Below, one piece after another: positions 16,926 through 25,033 of a stretch of DNA of 53,307 nucleotides. Below the pieces are notes generated by a model, which worked only from the letters and a program-made list of their open reading frames with translations, did no database searches and was not told the origin of the DNA. The translations under genes were made by a program, and so were the position numbers. The stretch's first letter is position 1. Each line of letters starts with the position of its first letter. The stretch spans positions 1 through 53,307 of the forward strand of contig CAZRCS010000001.1 in NCBI GenBank assembly GCA_964598645.1, in the 5' to 3' direction. Source of the stretch: an uncultured bacterium (lineage in GTDB: Bacteria; Fermentibacterota; Fermentibacteria; Fermentibacterales; JCC-6).

Positions 16926-18226
16926 TGACACCCGGCGAAACTGTCAGTTGGCTGGATAAGCACGTAATAGGCCAGACAGATGCCAAACGCACCGTGGCCA
17001 TTGCCCTGAGGAACAGATACAGAAGAAGACTGGTGGAAGAACCCATGCGTTCGGAGATTTACCCCAGCAATCTGATAATGATGGGCCCCACAGGAGTGGG
17101 TAAAACCGAAATTGCAAGAAGGATAGCGGGTTTGGCAGGGGCTCCCTTCGTTAAAGTGGAGGCCACCAAATACACAGAAACTGGCTATGTTGGAAGGGAT
17201 GTGGAGGGAATAATCCGGGATCTTGTCCGTACAGCGGTCAACCTTGCCACGAAACAAGCCAGGGAAGAAAAAAAGCTGGAAGCCGAAAAAATGGTACAGG
17301 CAAGGCTGTTAGCCGCGCTTCAATCATCCGGACTGGACATGGGCACCCCTGAAACCGTGAAGCTGCTTCTCGAAAAGGGGAGGCTCGAGGAAATGGAAAT
17401 AGAGCTGTCTGTTTCCGAGAAAGCCATGGGGGTAGAAGTTTTTCCCATGGTTCCCGGACAGGGATTCGATAACCAGCTCAACGACCAGATGAAAAAGATG
17501 CTGGACAAGGTAATTGGGAGAAGGCGGAAAAAACTGCGAATGACCGTTGCCAATGCCAGGAAGAAGATTTATGACGACGAAATGGAGCGGATACTGGAAG
17601 GCGGAGACCATATCAGAGAAGGTATCAGGCTTGCTCAGGATGAAGGCATAGTTTTCATAGACGAGATCGATAAAATAATCGGCTCTGAGGGGGGCAGTGG
17701 ACCTGATGTTTCCCGAATGGGTGTGCAGAGAGATCTTCTGCCCCTTGTAGAGGGAAGCACCGTTCCCACGAAATACGGTCCCGTAAAAACAGACCATATC
17801 CTGTTCATTGCAGCCGGCGCATTCCATGGAAGCAGCCCTTCAGACCTTATTCCGGAACTTCAGGGAAGATTCCCGCTGAGGGTTTCTCTGGACCCGCTCT
17901 CCGAGGATGATCTTCTCAGGATTCTCACTGAGCCTGAGAACTGCATACTCGACCAGTATCTGAAACTACTTGAAGCTGATGGCCTTCAGCTAATCGTCGA
18001 CGAAAATGCAAAGAAGATAATAGCCCGTACTGCAAGGCACCTGAATGAAGAAAAAGAGGATATTGGCGCAAGAAGACTGCGATCGGTTCTCTCGTATCTT
18101 CTGGACGAGTATCTATACGGTGCCCCGGACCTGGTCACTGGCAAAGCAAGGCTCACCGGACGTAGGGCAGAGGAAAGGCTGGGGCTGCTGGTTGAAAGAA
18201 GCAGCGAAGAGGGTTATATATTATGA
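16910..18226 (+). CDS. hslU: ATP-dependent protease ATPase subunit HslU
   Basis: MTPGETVSWLDKHVIGQTDAKRTVAIALRNRYRR, Walker A MMGPTGVGKTEIARRIA, and IVFIDEIDKI. GGAGG lies 4 nt upstream of the ATG at 16910, so the track start at 16871 is too long. Confidence 0.95.
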   Translation: MRSGIMTPGETVSWLDKHVIGQTDAKRTVAIALRNRYRRRLVEEPMRSEIYPSNLIMMGPTGVGKTEIARRIAGLAGAPFVKVEATKYTETGYVGRDVEGIIRDLVRTAVNLATKQAREEKKLEAEKMVQARLLAALQSSGLDMGTPETVKLLLEKGRLEEMEIELSVSEKAMGVEVFPMVPGQGFDNQLNDQMKKMLDKVIGRRRKKLRMTVANARKKIYDDEMERILEGGDHIREGIRLAQDEGIVFIDEIDKIIGSEGGSGPDVSRMGVQRDLLPLVEGSTVPTKYGPVKTDHILFIAAGAFHGSSPSDLIPELQGRFPLRVSLDPLSEDDLLRILTEPENCILDQYLKLLEADGLQLIVDENAKKIIARTARHLNEEKEDIGARRLRSVLSYLLDEYLYGAPDLVTGKARLTGRRAEERLGLLVERSSEEGYIL

Positions 18227-18258
18227 GATCGTTGTCAGGAAAGTAAGAGGGGGATTCT

Positions 18259-18837
18259 ATGCACAGGTCAGGCAATGAGATAGCCTATAAGATCGTTTAC
18301 TACGGTCCCGGTCTTTCCGGCAAAACCACTAATCTCAGAGGTATAAGGGACCTTATCGCCCCTGAGAACAGAGGAAGGCTGGTGACCCTCTGTACCAGAT
18401 GTGAAAGAACCGTATTCTTCGATTTCCTCCCGGTTAATTTTGCAAGAATAGGTGACACAAGGCTCAAGCTCCATTTGTACTCCGTTCCAGGTCAGGCCTA
18501 TTACGCCCTCAGCAGGCGTGTGATCCTCGACGGGGTCGATGGTATAGTCTTCGTTGCAGACAGCCAGAAAGAAAGGGCCGAGGCCAATCTGAACACGGTA
18601 GACGACCTCGAGCACAATCTGAAAAGCTACGGTCTCGATATATCCATGATCCCAATAGTCCTTCAGTTCAACAAGCGTGACCTGCCGGGTATCATGTCCA
18701 CTGAAGACATGAACCGAGATCTGAACAGGTTTGGCTGGCCAACTGTGGATTCCGTTGCAATCGGCGGCAGCGGTCCTGCAGAAACCCTGAAGATCATCGC
18801 CGCTAAAATTGCCCAGCGCCATGCGCGCATCGGTTGA
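18259..18837 (+). CDS. MglA-family Ras-like small GTPase, second paralog
   Basis: YKIVYYGPGLSGKTTNL, ERTVFFDFLP, LHLYSVPGQAYY, VFVADSQ and QFNKRDLPG. By eye, roughly half of its positions match the 8375-8977 product. Confidence 0.88.
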   Translation: MHRSGNEIAYKIVYYGPGLSGKTTNLRGIRDLIAPENRGRLVTLCTRCERTVFFDFLPVNFARIGDTRLKLHLYSVPGQAYYALSRRVILDGVDGIVFVADSQKERAEANLNTVDDLEHNLKSYGLDISMIPIVLQFNKRDLPGIMSTEDMNRDLNRFGWPTVDSVAIGGSGPAETLKIIAAKIAQRHARIG

Positions 18838-20968
18838 CCTGCGGAATAAAACCCTAATTACATTTCTCCTCCTTGTGATCATTGCCGGGGGATATGTTTT
18901 CCGTACGGTTTTTGCAACCGCCGTGATGCCCCCCCCCCTGAGAATGCAGGGTGAAACCACACAGGCCTACAGATACACCGCTCTTGTTTCTTCCGGAGAG
19001 GGCATACCTGCCGTTGACACTCTGGTTATGCGGCCCTACGGCATGATTACCGGACAAAATTCCATTTTCGAGGAATATCTTGCAGGCGGGATACACTATT
19101 TGACAGGGGGAGACCTGAACCGCTTTTTATGGATATTCTCCAGATTGTTCCCGCTCCTTTCCATACCTGTTCTTTTCCTGTGGATGAAAAACACCGGTTT
19201 CAATTCAGGTGAATCCTTCACCGGTGCAGTACTTTACACTGTCATCCTTCCTGCTCTTCTCAGGACAAGGGGGGAGAGCCTTTACAGGGAAACAGTGGCC
19301 CTGCCGATTATTTTTGCTGCCTTGATGCTCGCAGACATTGCAAGGGGAAAGGAAGCGCGCCGGGCTCTGTATTTATCGGCAGGAGGTGCTTTGCTGTTCT
19401 TCTGCGCCCTTGCTGCCTGGAAAGTGACGACTTTCCTTGCTTTTCTTCTGTTCATCTGGTTCACCATTACAGGAGCAAAAAAGACCACGGTTATCCCCTT
19501 TGCCGCCGCACAGCTGCTGGCTTCTCTTACACTGTCACACATGATCCACGACGGGGCTTTTCATTCACCTGCAACTGTGATGGCCGTTGCTTCCGTGGTA
19601 TCCTCGGTAACCGGGAAGCAAAAGATCTGCACCTGGATCGGCATTTGCCTTGCCATATTGACCTCTGTTTTATTCCAATCGTCTTCCACGGGTCATGTTA
19701 CTTCGGTAATGGTTGCGAAAATCAGGTTTTTCTTCAGCCACCCGGAAAACCCGCTTCTACTTGAGGATGATGCAAGACTTTTCTGGGTTAGCGGATACAC
19801 GAGCCCTTCACCGGGACAAATCATCCTTTTGTTCGGAGCAGCTCTTGCCGTATCACTGTCAGGTATCCGCAGGTATTTCAAACAGGCATCCGGAACCCTG
19901 CTTCTCTGGCTCTTTCCCGTTTCGATTGCCGGGTATCTTCTTTTCGACAGACTTCATGTAATCCTGGCTTTCGGAATAATTCCTCCTGTCATTGCAGCTC
20001 TCAGAGGCAATAAATTTCTGCTTGCAGGGGTTGTGGCCCTCTTCGGTACCCTTACCATGTATGCGCCTGCAGAGGCTGAATTTCTATCTGATTCCGGTCT
20101 TGAATTCGGAGGAACCGGTTCACTGCTCACAGACGGGGAACTGACCGGCCTCCTCTCCTGGTCCGGAGAACACAGAGGCACGGTGCTTTCATACTGGCAT
20201 ATTTCCGGCCTCCTCTCTGCCTATGCCGAGACCCCGGTGGTAACACACACATTTTTCGAGAGCAGAGAAAACCGCGAAACCATAGTTGAGTTCGCAAGAC
20301 GCATCTACGGAACCGAAGACGAAATGGCTGCATTTATGGAGGAAAAGGGAGCCCTTTATCTTGTCTATCAGGCAGATTTCATTTTCGACAGATCACCCCA
20401 GGGTCTTCTTTACCTCGCAGGCCTGACAGAAATCCCGGATGGCTCTCTTGCCATAAGGCTTCACTATTACCCCGAGTCTCTTGCACGGTTGGCTCCAGTG
20501 TGGCAGGGGCCATCCCTTCGGGTCTTTGCCCTGGACGAAGCCCCGGCTGATTCCCTGAAGAGATACGTGCTCTGGGACAGAGACTACGGAAGGTTCATAA
20601 GCGACTATCCCACAGCTTTCTCCGCTGTGATGTCGCCTGTGGAGACAGGTCTTTATCTTGGCGGAACTGGAATGGAAACAGGTGATGCCGATAAGATCTC
20701 AGCAGCTCTGCTGCTTCTGGCAGCATCACCGGATGAAGTTCCCGCGGATGCATCCATAGAGCTTCTTCAGAATCTGCTCATGGCTCACCTCTACGGTGAA
20801 TACCCTCTGGAAAAACTTGCAGATGACTTTGAAACCTATCTCGATGCATGGGGGCCTGATCCCCAGCTCCGTCTCGACCTCATAAGACTTCTCCAGAATG
20901 GAGAAATGAACGAAAGAGCTGAGCATCACATAACGATTCTCCAGAACACAGGAAGGCAGGGCTCATGA
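18821..20968 (+). CDS. Large polytopic membrane protein, candidate divergent STT3/PMT-like GT-C glycosyltransferase
   Basis: The ATG at 18821 (TTG at 18809 is also possible) overlaps the GTPase stop. TM1 is followed by the loop AYRYTALVSSGEGIPAVDTLVMRPYG, which resembles STT3 external loop 1. After about 11-13 TM helices, VLSYWHISG occupies the WWDYG position, followed by a soluble domain of about 250 aa. The functional call is inference. Confidence 0.6.
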   Translation: MRASVDLRNKTLITFLLLVIIAGGYVFRTVFATAVMPPPLRMQGETTQAYRYTALVSSGEGIPAVDTLVMRPYGMITGQNSIFEEYLAGGIHYLTGGDLNRFLWIFSRLFPLLSIPVLFLWMKNTGFNSGESFTGAVLYTVILPALLRTRGESLYRETVALPIIFAALMLADIARGKEARRALYLSAGGALLFFCALAAWKVTTFLAFLLFIWFTITGAKKTTVIPFAAAQLLASLTLSHMIHDGAFHSPATVMAVASVVSSVTGKQKICTWIGICLAILTSVLFQSSSTGHVTSVMVAKIRFFFSHPENPLLLEDDARLFWVSGYTSPSPGQIILLFGAALAVSLSGIRRYFKQASGTLLLWLFPVSIAGYLLFDRLHVILAFGIIPPVIAALRGNKFLLAGVVALFGTLTMYAPAEAEFLSDSGLEFGGTGSLLTDGELTGLLSWSGEHRGTVLSYWHISGLLSAYAETPVVTHTFFESRENRETIVEFARRIYGTEDEMAAFMEEKGALYLVYQADFIFDRSPQGLLYLAGLTEIPDGSLAIRLHYYPESLARLAPVWQGPSLRVFALDEAPADSLKRYVLWDRDYGRFISDYPTAFSAVMSPVETGLYLGGTGMETGDADKISAALLLLAASPDEVPADASIELLQNLLMAHLYGEYPLEKLADDFETYLDAWGPDPQLRLDLIRLLQNGEMNERAEHHITILQNTGRQGS

Positions 20969-21765
20969 AATTCTGGAAGATGAGCGGCGCCGGTAATGAT
21001 TTCATAATGGTTGACAACCGTGGAGGGGCTCTTTCCGCAGTTCTTTCTCCTGAAGCAATAGCTTCCCTCTGCAGGCGAGGTCTCTCCGTGGGAGCAGATG
21101 GTCTTATAGAGATAATGGAGAGTTCCGGAAACAGCTTCAGAATGAGATACAGCAATTCAGACGGAGGAGAAGCCCAGATGTGCGGCAACGGAGCCAGATG
21201 CATCTGCCGCTTCGCCTGTGAACTGGGTATGGTGGCCATGGGTGAGATGTTTTCCTTTGAAAGCGCGGCAGGGGTTCACCGAGGCCTTGTTACAGGCGAT
21301 TCCGAGGCCAGGATCTGGATGACTGAACCTGTACTTCACTGGCCATCGGGAAGGATTCTGGCGGGAACGGATCTGGAAACGGGTTTTGCTGATACAGGTG
21401 TTCCCCATGCTGTTGTTTTTGCAGGAAACATAGAAGACGGAAACTTCGAGAAGTTTGCACCCCTGGTAAGATCTGCCCAGGAGTTCGGTCCCGCAGGAGC
21501 CAATGCAAACTGGGTGCAGGTACAGCCGAACGGTTCGCTGTTACTGAGGACATGGGAGCGGGGAGTAGAGGGTGAAACCCTCGCATGCGGAACCGGCGCC
21601 GTAGCCTCGGCCCTTATTGCCTCAACGGTCTATGAAGATGTGGCTCTTCCTGTTACAGTAAGGGTTAAAAGCGGTCTTGAGCTTACCGTGGGAAAAGACA
21701 GCAATGGATGGTGGCTTCAGGGAGAATCTCGTTTTATATACCGGGGGGAGACCATTTATCTATGA
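20965..21765 (+). CDS. dapF: Diaminopimelate epimerase
   Basis: MSGAGNDFIMVDNR, the two catalytic Cys motifs MCGNGARC and ACGTGAVA, and ADTGVPHAV. Confidence 0.93.
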   Translation: MKFWKMSGAGNDFIMVDNRGGALSAVLSPEAIASLCRRGLSVGADGLIEIMESSGNSFRMRYSNSDGGEAQMCGNGARCICRFACELGMVAMGEMFSFESAAGVHRGLVTGDSEARIWMTEPVLHWPSGRILAGTDLETGFADTGVPHAVVFAGNIEDGNFEKFAPLVRSAQEFGPAGANANWVQVQPNGSLLLRTWERGVEGETLACGTGAVASALIASTVYEDVALPVTVRVKSGLELTVGKDSNGWWLQGESRFIYRGETIYL

Positions 21766-21773
21766 TGTACAGA

Positions 21774-21849
21774 GCGGGCATAACTCAGTTGGCAGAGTGT
21801 CAGCTTCCCAAGCTGAATGTCGCGGGTTCGATCCCCGTTGCCCGCTCCA
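21774..21849 (+). tRNA. tRNA-Gly (anticodon CCC), CCA encoded
   Basis: Manual cloverleaf: acceptor GCGGGCA/TGCCCGC, D stem ACTC/GAGT, anticodon stem TCAGC/GCTGA with loop TTCCCAA, T arm GCGGG-TTCGATC-CCCGT, discriminator U, then CCA. A T7 run follows. Confidence 0.9.
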
Positions 21850-21866
21850 TTTTTTTCGAGGCCTGA

Positions 21867-22448
21867 ATGACCTTTCTCATCATTCTCATTCTTTCAGCAG
21901 CGGGAGCATCGCCTCTGGATATCTGGCAACTAAGATCCGGTGTTATCCCAGTTCAGGACACATCTTCTTCCCAGAGTTCAGGTTACTATGCAGCAGTTAA
22001 CCAGCACTCCGGCTTCATGAGCATTGAAGAGCTCAGGGAAGGTTTGGCTTCTAACCATGGAAGGCTCCTTTTCCCAATAGCAGCAGCCCTCGTCCGATCG
22101 GGTTCAATAACTGAAGCTCAACTGTTCTGGTTGCATTCGAATGATCCACCAGCTGACCGGGGCGAACTTCTTGCAGCCCTTTCATGGTTCGGAAGGTATC
22201 AGCTCTATTCACTCATGGCAGACAGGGCGGAAACCCCACCGGACATGGAGGGAAGGTTGCATGGAGATCATTGTTCTGCAGTCTGTTCCGCCGGATGGAT
22301 GGCTGTACGAAGCGATGGCCTCTTCCACCCGGAGGAGCTTGTTCAGAAGGGTGATCTTCTTCTTCTTTCCGTGTATTTCCCTCGTTTCTCAGGTTTGAGC
22401 TTTTTACCACTCAGTGAGCTTGACCGTCCTCCCACAGGGATGGAATGA
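21867..22448 (+). CDS. Hypothetical exported protein
   Basis: N-terminal signal-like MTFLIILILSAAGASP. ATGA overlap with the downstream gene. No recognisable family. Confidence 0.5.
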   Translation: MTFLIILILSAAGASPLDIWQLRSGVIPVQDTSSSQSSGYYAAVNQHSGFMSIEELREGLASNHGRLLFPIAAALVRSGSITEAQLFWLHSNDPPADRGELLAALSWFGRYQLYSLMADRAETPPDMEGRLHGDHCSAVCSAGWMAVRSDGLFHPEELVQKGDLLLLSVYFPRFSGLSFLPLSELDRPPTGME

Positions 22449-23074
22449 TGTTCGAGAAAACCAGGATCAGACAGAATGCCCAACTGGAAGCAGCCGTGGA
22501 CATGATCAAACGCTCCCAGGAGCAGCTTCCCATGGGTCCTGCGCTTATCTCCTGGATACGCATCGTCCTTCTTCCTCTATGCATCTGGTGCGGGTGGAGC
22601 GGTAACTACATCGGTATGTTCTGGCTTACCCTCACCGCATCTTCCAGCGACTACTTTGACGGCTGGTTCGCAAGGAGGTCAAAACAATCATCCACCCCGG
22701 GAAAAACCCTTGATATGCTTGCAGACAAGCTATTTCTCGCCGTAATGCTCATTTTTCTCGCAAGGCTTGGTGCTGTCAAACCAGAACTGGCCCTCATACC
22801 CGCATGGTATCACATAACCGTGGTTCTGGGTCTTCTTATGGTCTCCTGGAGCTTGAGCATTCCCGTGGTGGCCATTACCACAAGTGAGCGACTGACTATC
22901 ATTCTAAGCTATATTCTCGTGATCACCGCAACAGGAGCTCTGGCCTACCCGGAGAAGACGATTTTCGGGAAGCTCAGTGGAATTACCCAGATATTCACCC
23001 CAATTTCCGTCATATTCGGAACCATTAGCTATTTCAGATTTTCCAGAAGACTTATTCAGAGGTATATGAAGTGA
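22445..23074 (+). CDS. CDP-alcohol phosphatidyltransferase family protein (PgsA-like)
   Basis: DYFDGWFARRSKQSSTPGKTLDMLADK matches D-x2-D-G-x2-A-R-x8-G-x3-D-x3-D. Polytopic membrane protein. Confidence 0.85.
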   Translation: MMFEKTRIRQNAQLEAAVDMIKRSQEQLPMGPALISWIRIVLLPLCIWCGWSGNYIGMFWLTLTASSSDYFDGWFARRSKQSSTPGKTLDMLADKLFLAVMLIFLARLGAVKPELALIPAWYHITVVLGLLMVSWSLSIPVVAITTSERLTIILSYILVITATGALAYPEKTIFGKLSGITQIFTPISVIFGTISYFRFSRRLIQRYMK

Positions 23075-23742
23075 TTCTCTTTTTTATCATCATTCTTTCT
23101 TCAGCATCACCGGTAGAAATGGAAAACGAAGGTCGCCTTGCTGAGGCAGGGGCGGCCTGGCAGAACGAAGGCAGTATTCAGGGGCAGGTGCGGGTAATGA
23201 CCAGACTCCTGGAAGAAGCTCTTTACGCCGGTGAGGGGGAGAGGGCTCTGCTTCTGATCCAGGAACTGGAGCCTGTGTGCGGTGACACTGCCCTTGTACG
23301 ATTCTGGAGGGCAAGGGTTGCCTGGAGTGCAGGACTACCTGAACTGGCAGCTGATGAGCTTGATGACATCAGCACAGGTGACCCCTGGCTTCTGCACCGT
23401 ACACTCGGAACCGCCGCCCTCTACAGGGGACAGGGCGCTGAGGCAGTAAACCAGTTCTGCCAGGCTACAGCAGCTGCAGGAACCGCCCGAAGAAAGTTCT
23501 GGAGCGGTCTTGATCTGTGTTCAGCCTATCTGATGGAAGGTATGACAGACGAGGCACTGGAACTGTCAGAACTGCTTGTATACAATTATACCGGAGACGC
23601 TATGGCTCAGGTCATGCACGGACTCTGTCTTCATTTGACCGGGCATTATTCGAGGGCTTATGGAGTGCTCTCCGGGATCAGCGGGGAAAGCCCTGCTGCA
23701 AAAAGGCTTGCAAACATCCTTATGGAAGGATTCGAACAGTGA
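23071..23742 (+). CDS. Hypothetical helical-repeat (TPR-like) protein with an N-terminal signal or anchor
   Basis: GTGA overlaps at both ends. Ala/Leu-rich helical repeats. No catalytic motif recognised. Confidence 0.55.
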   Translation: MILFFIIILSSASPVEMENEGRLAEAGAAWQNEGSIQGQVRVMTRLLEEALYAGEGERALLLIQELEPVCGDTALVRFWRARVAWSAGLPELAADELDDISTGDPWLLHRTLGTAALYRGQGAEAVNQFCQATAAAGTARRKFWSGLDLCSAYLMEGMTDEALELSELLVYNYTGDAMAQVMHGLCLHLTGHYSRAYGVLSGISGESPAAKRLANILMEGFEQ

Positions 23743-24629
23743 AACTATTCAGAAAGCTATTCGGGAACAAACGACAGGAGAGGGTCAGTTCCAGCTGGAA
23801 TGAATTCACTTTCCCCGGAGATGTGAATAAACCAAGTTCAGTTGGGGTTTTTGCAGCTTCAGGGGTAAGTCATATCTGGTCGTCGGTTTACATGGCAAGG
23901 GCTCTCCAGGAGTCATATCCCGATACACCACTCCATTTCGTGGTGCACAGGGATTATGCTGAAATTGCAGGATTCCTTCCCTGGAAACCTGAGATACACG
24001 TTTTCGACAATGATCCAGGTACGGCAGAACCTGATATTCCCGTTGACATGCTGCTCTTCGTGGCTGAACCTGAAGAAGAGCTTCTTCGTTTCGTGGAGAA
24101 ATCTTCGCCCTCCGCCTGTGTTTCCTTCATGGACCATCCTGCGGTGAACATCCAGGTGAAGATAGAGGAAGAACTCCTTCCCGGAGCAATCGGAAATATG
24201 ATGCAGGTTCTGAAGCTGAAAGACACAGGCAAATGGATACCCGAGGCTCCTTCCATTCTTTCTGAAAAGGCCTCTGCCATTCTCTCTCCGGTATCCCATA
24301 GAACCCTGCCCTACATTCTTGCCACAGAGGCGGTGGCATCCATGCTCGAGAAGAAGAGGGCAGAGATACCCCTGAAACTGGTCATAACAGACGGTAAAAC
24401 ATCCAATATCCCTCCCGGCACCGATCAGCCGCTGCTTGCGGCTATTGTTGCCGGTGCCTCGGCGGTGATAACCACCGACCGCGATATCTGGATACATGCT
24501 TCTGCTCTGAGAGTACCTGTCATCGGTCTTGACAGAAAAGGCACCTTTAAAGGATGGGACAGAGAAGCTGCAACAGGCGATACACAGTTCATGGAAGAAT
24601 GGGCTGCGCTGATCAGAAGGGGCTGGTAG
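23739..24629 (+). CDS. Hypothetical protein, possibly a degenerate GT9-like GT-B fold
   Basis: The GTG at 23739 overlaps the upstream stop (GTGA), so the track ORF from 23517 is an out-of-context extension. The N-terminal pattern VGVFAASGVSHIWSSVYMARALQESYPDTPLHFVV resembles heptosyltransferase-family N-termini. Weak call. Confidence 0.5.
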   Translation: MKLFRKLFGNKRQERVSSSWNEFTFPGDVNKPSSVGVFAASGVSHIWSSVYMARALQESYPDTPLHFVVHRDYAEIAGFLPWKPEIHVFDNDPGTAEPDIPVDMLLFVAEPEEELLRFVEKSSPSACVSFMDHPAVNIQVKIEEELLPGAIGNMMQVLKLKDTGKWIPEAPSILSEKASAILSPVSHRTLPYILATEAVASMLEKKRAEIPLKLVITDGKTSNIPPGTDQPLLAAIVAGASAVITTDRDIWIHASALRVPVIGLDRKGTFKGWDREAATGDTQFMEEWAALIRRGW

Positions 24630-24631
24630 CA

Positions 24632-25033
24632 TTGAAGAAGGTAATCACCTACGGAACATTCGATCTTTTTCATATAGGCCACCTGAACCTTCTTCGAAGG
24701 GCAAGGGAACTTGGTGACTATCTGGTGGTGGCGGTATCCACAGATGAATTCAATGCCGGCAAGCACAAACAGTGTGTCTACCCCTATGAGCACAGAGCCA
24801 AAATAGTGGAAGCCATAACATATGTGGACATGGTCATACCGGAGACCAGCTGGAAACAGAAAATTGAAGACGTGAAGAAATACGACATAGACGTCTTCGT
24901 GATCGGTGACGACTGGGAAGGAGAATTCGACTTTCTAAAGGATTTATGTGAAGTTGTCTACCTTCCCAGAACCGGTGACATTTCCACCACAGACGTAAAA
25001 AAACGCCTGCAGAATGGTGAAGCGATCAGTTAA
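24632..25033 (+). CDS. tagD: Glycerol-3-phosphate cytidylyltransferase
   Basis: KKVITYGTFDLFHIGHLNLLRRARELGDYLVVAVSTDEFN carries the HxGH cytidylyltransferase motif, and DISTTDVKKRL is present. The TTG at 24632 gives about 133 aa, the normal TagD size; the track start at 24554 is too long. Confidence 0.9.
   Translation: MKKVITYGTFDLFHIGHLNLLRRARELGDYLVVAVSTDEFNAGKHKQCVYPYEHRAKIVEAITYVDMVIPETSWKQKIEDVKKYDIDVFVIGDDWEGEFDFLKDLCEVVYLPRTGDISTTDVKKRLQNGEAIS

Noticed and set aside
21677-22000. 107-aa + strand ORF spanning the dapF end and the tRNA
   Set aside because: It reads straight through a well-formed tRNA-Gly cloverleaf, so it is an artefact.
23517-23738. N-terminal 74 codons of the 370-aa track ORF
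   Set aside because: This part lies entirely inside the upstream TPR-like gene in another frame. A GTG at 23739 forms the same GTGA stop/start overlap used elsewhere in the operon, so the short form is preferred.
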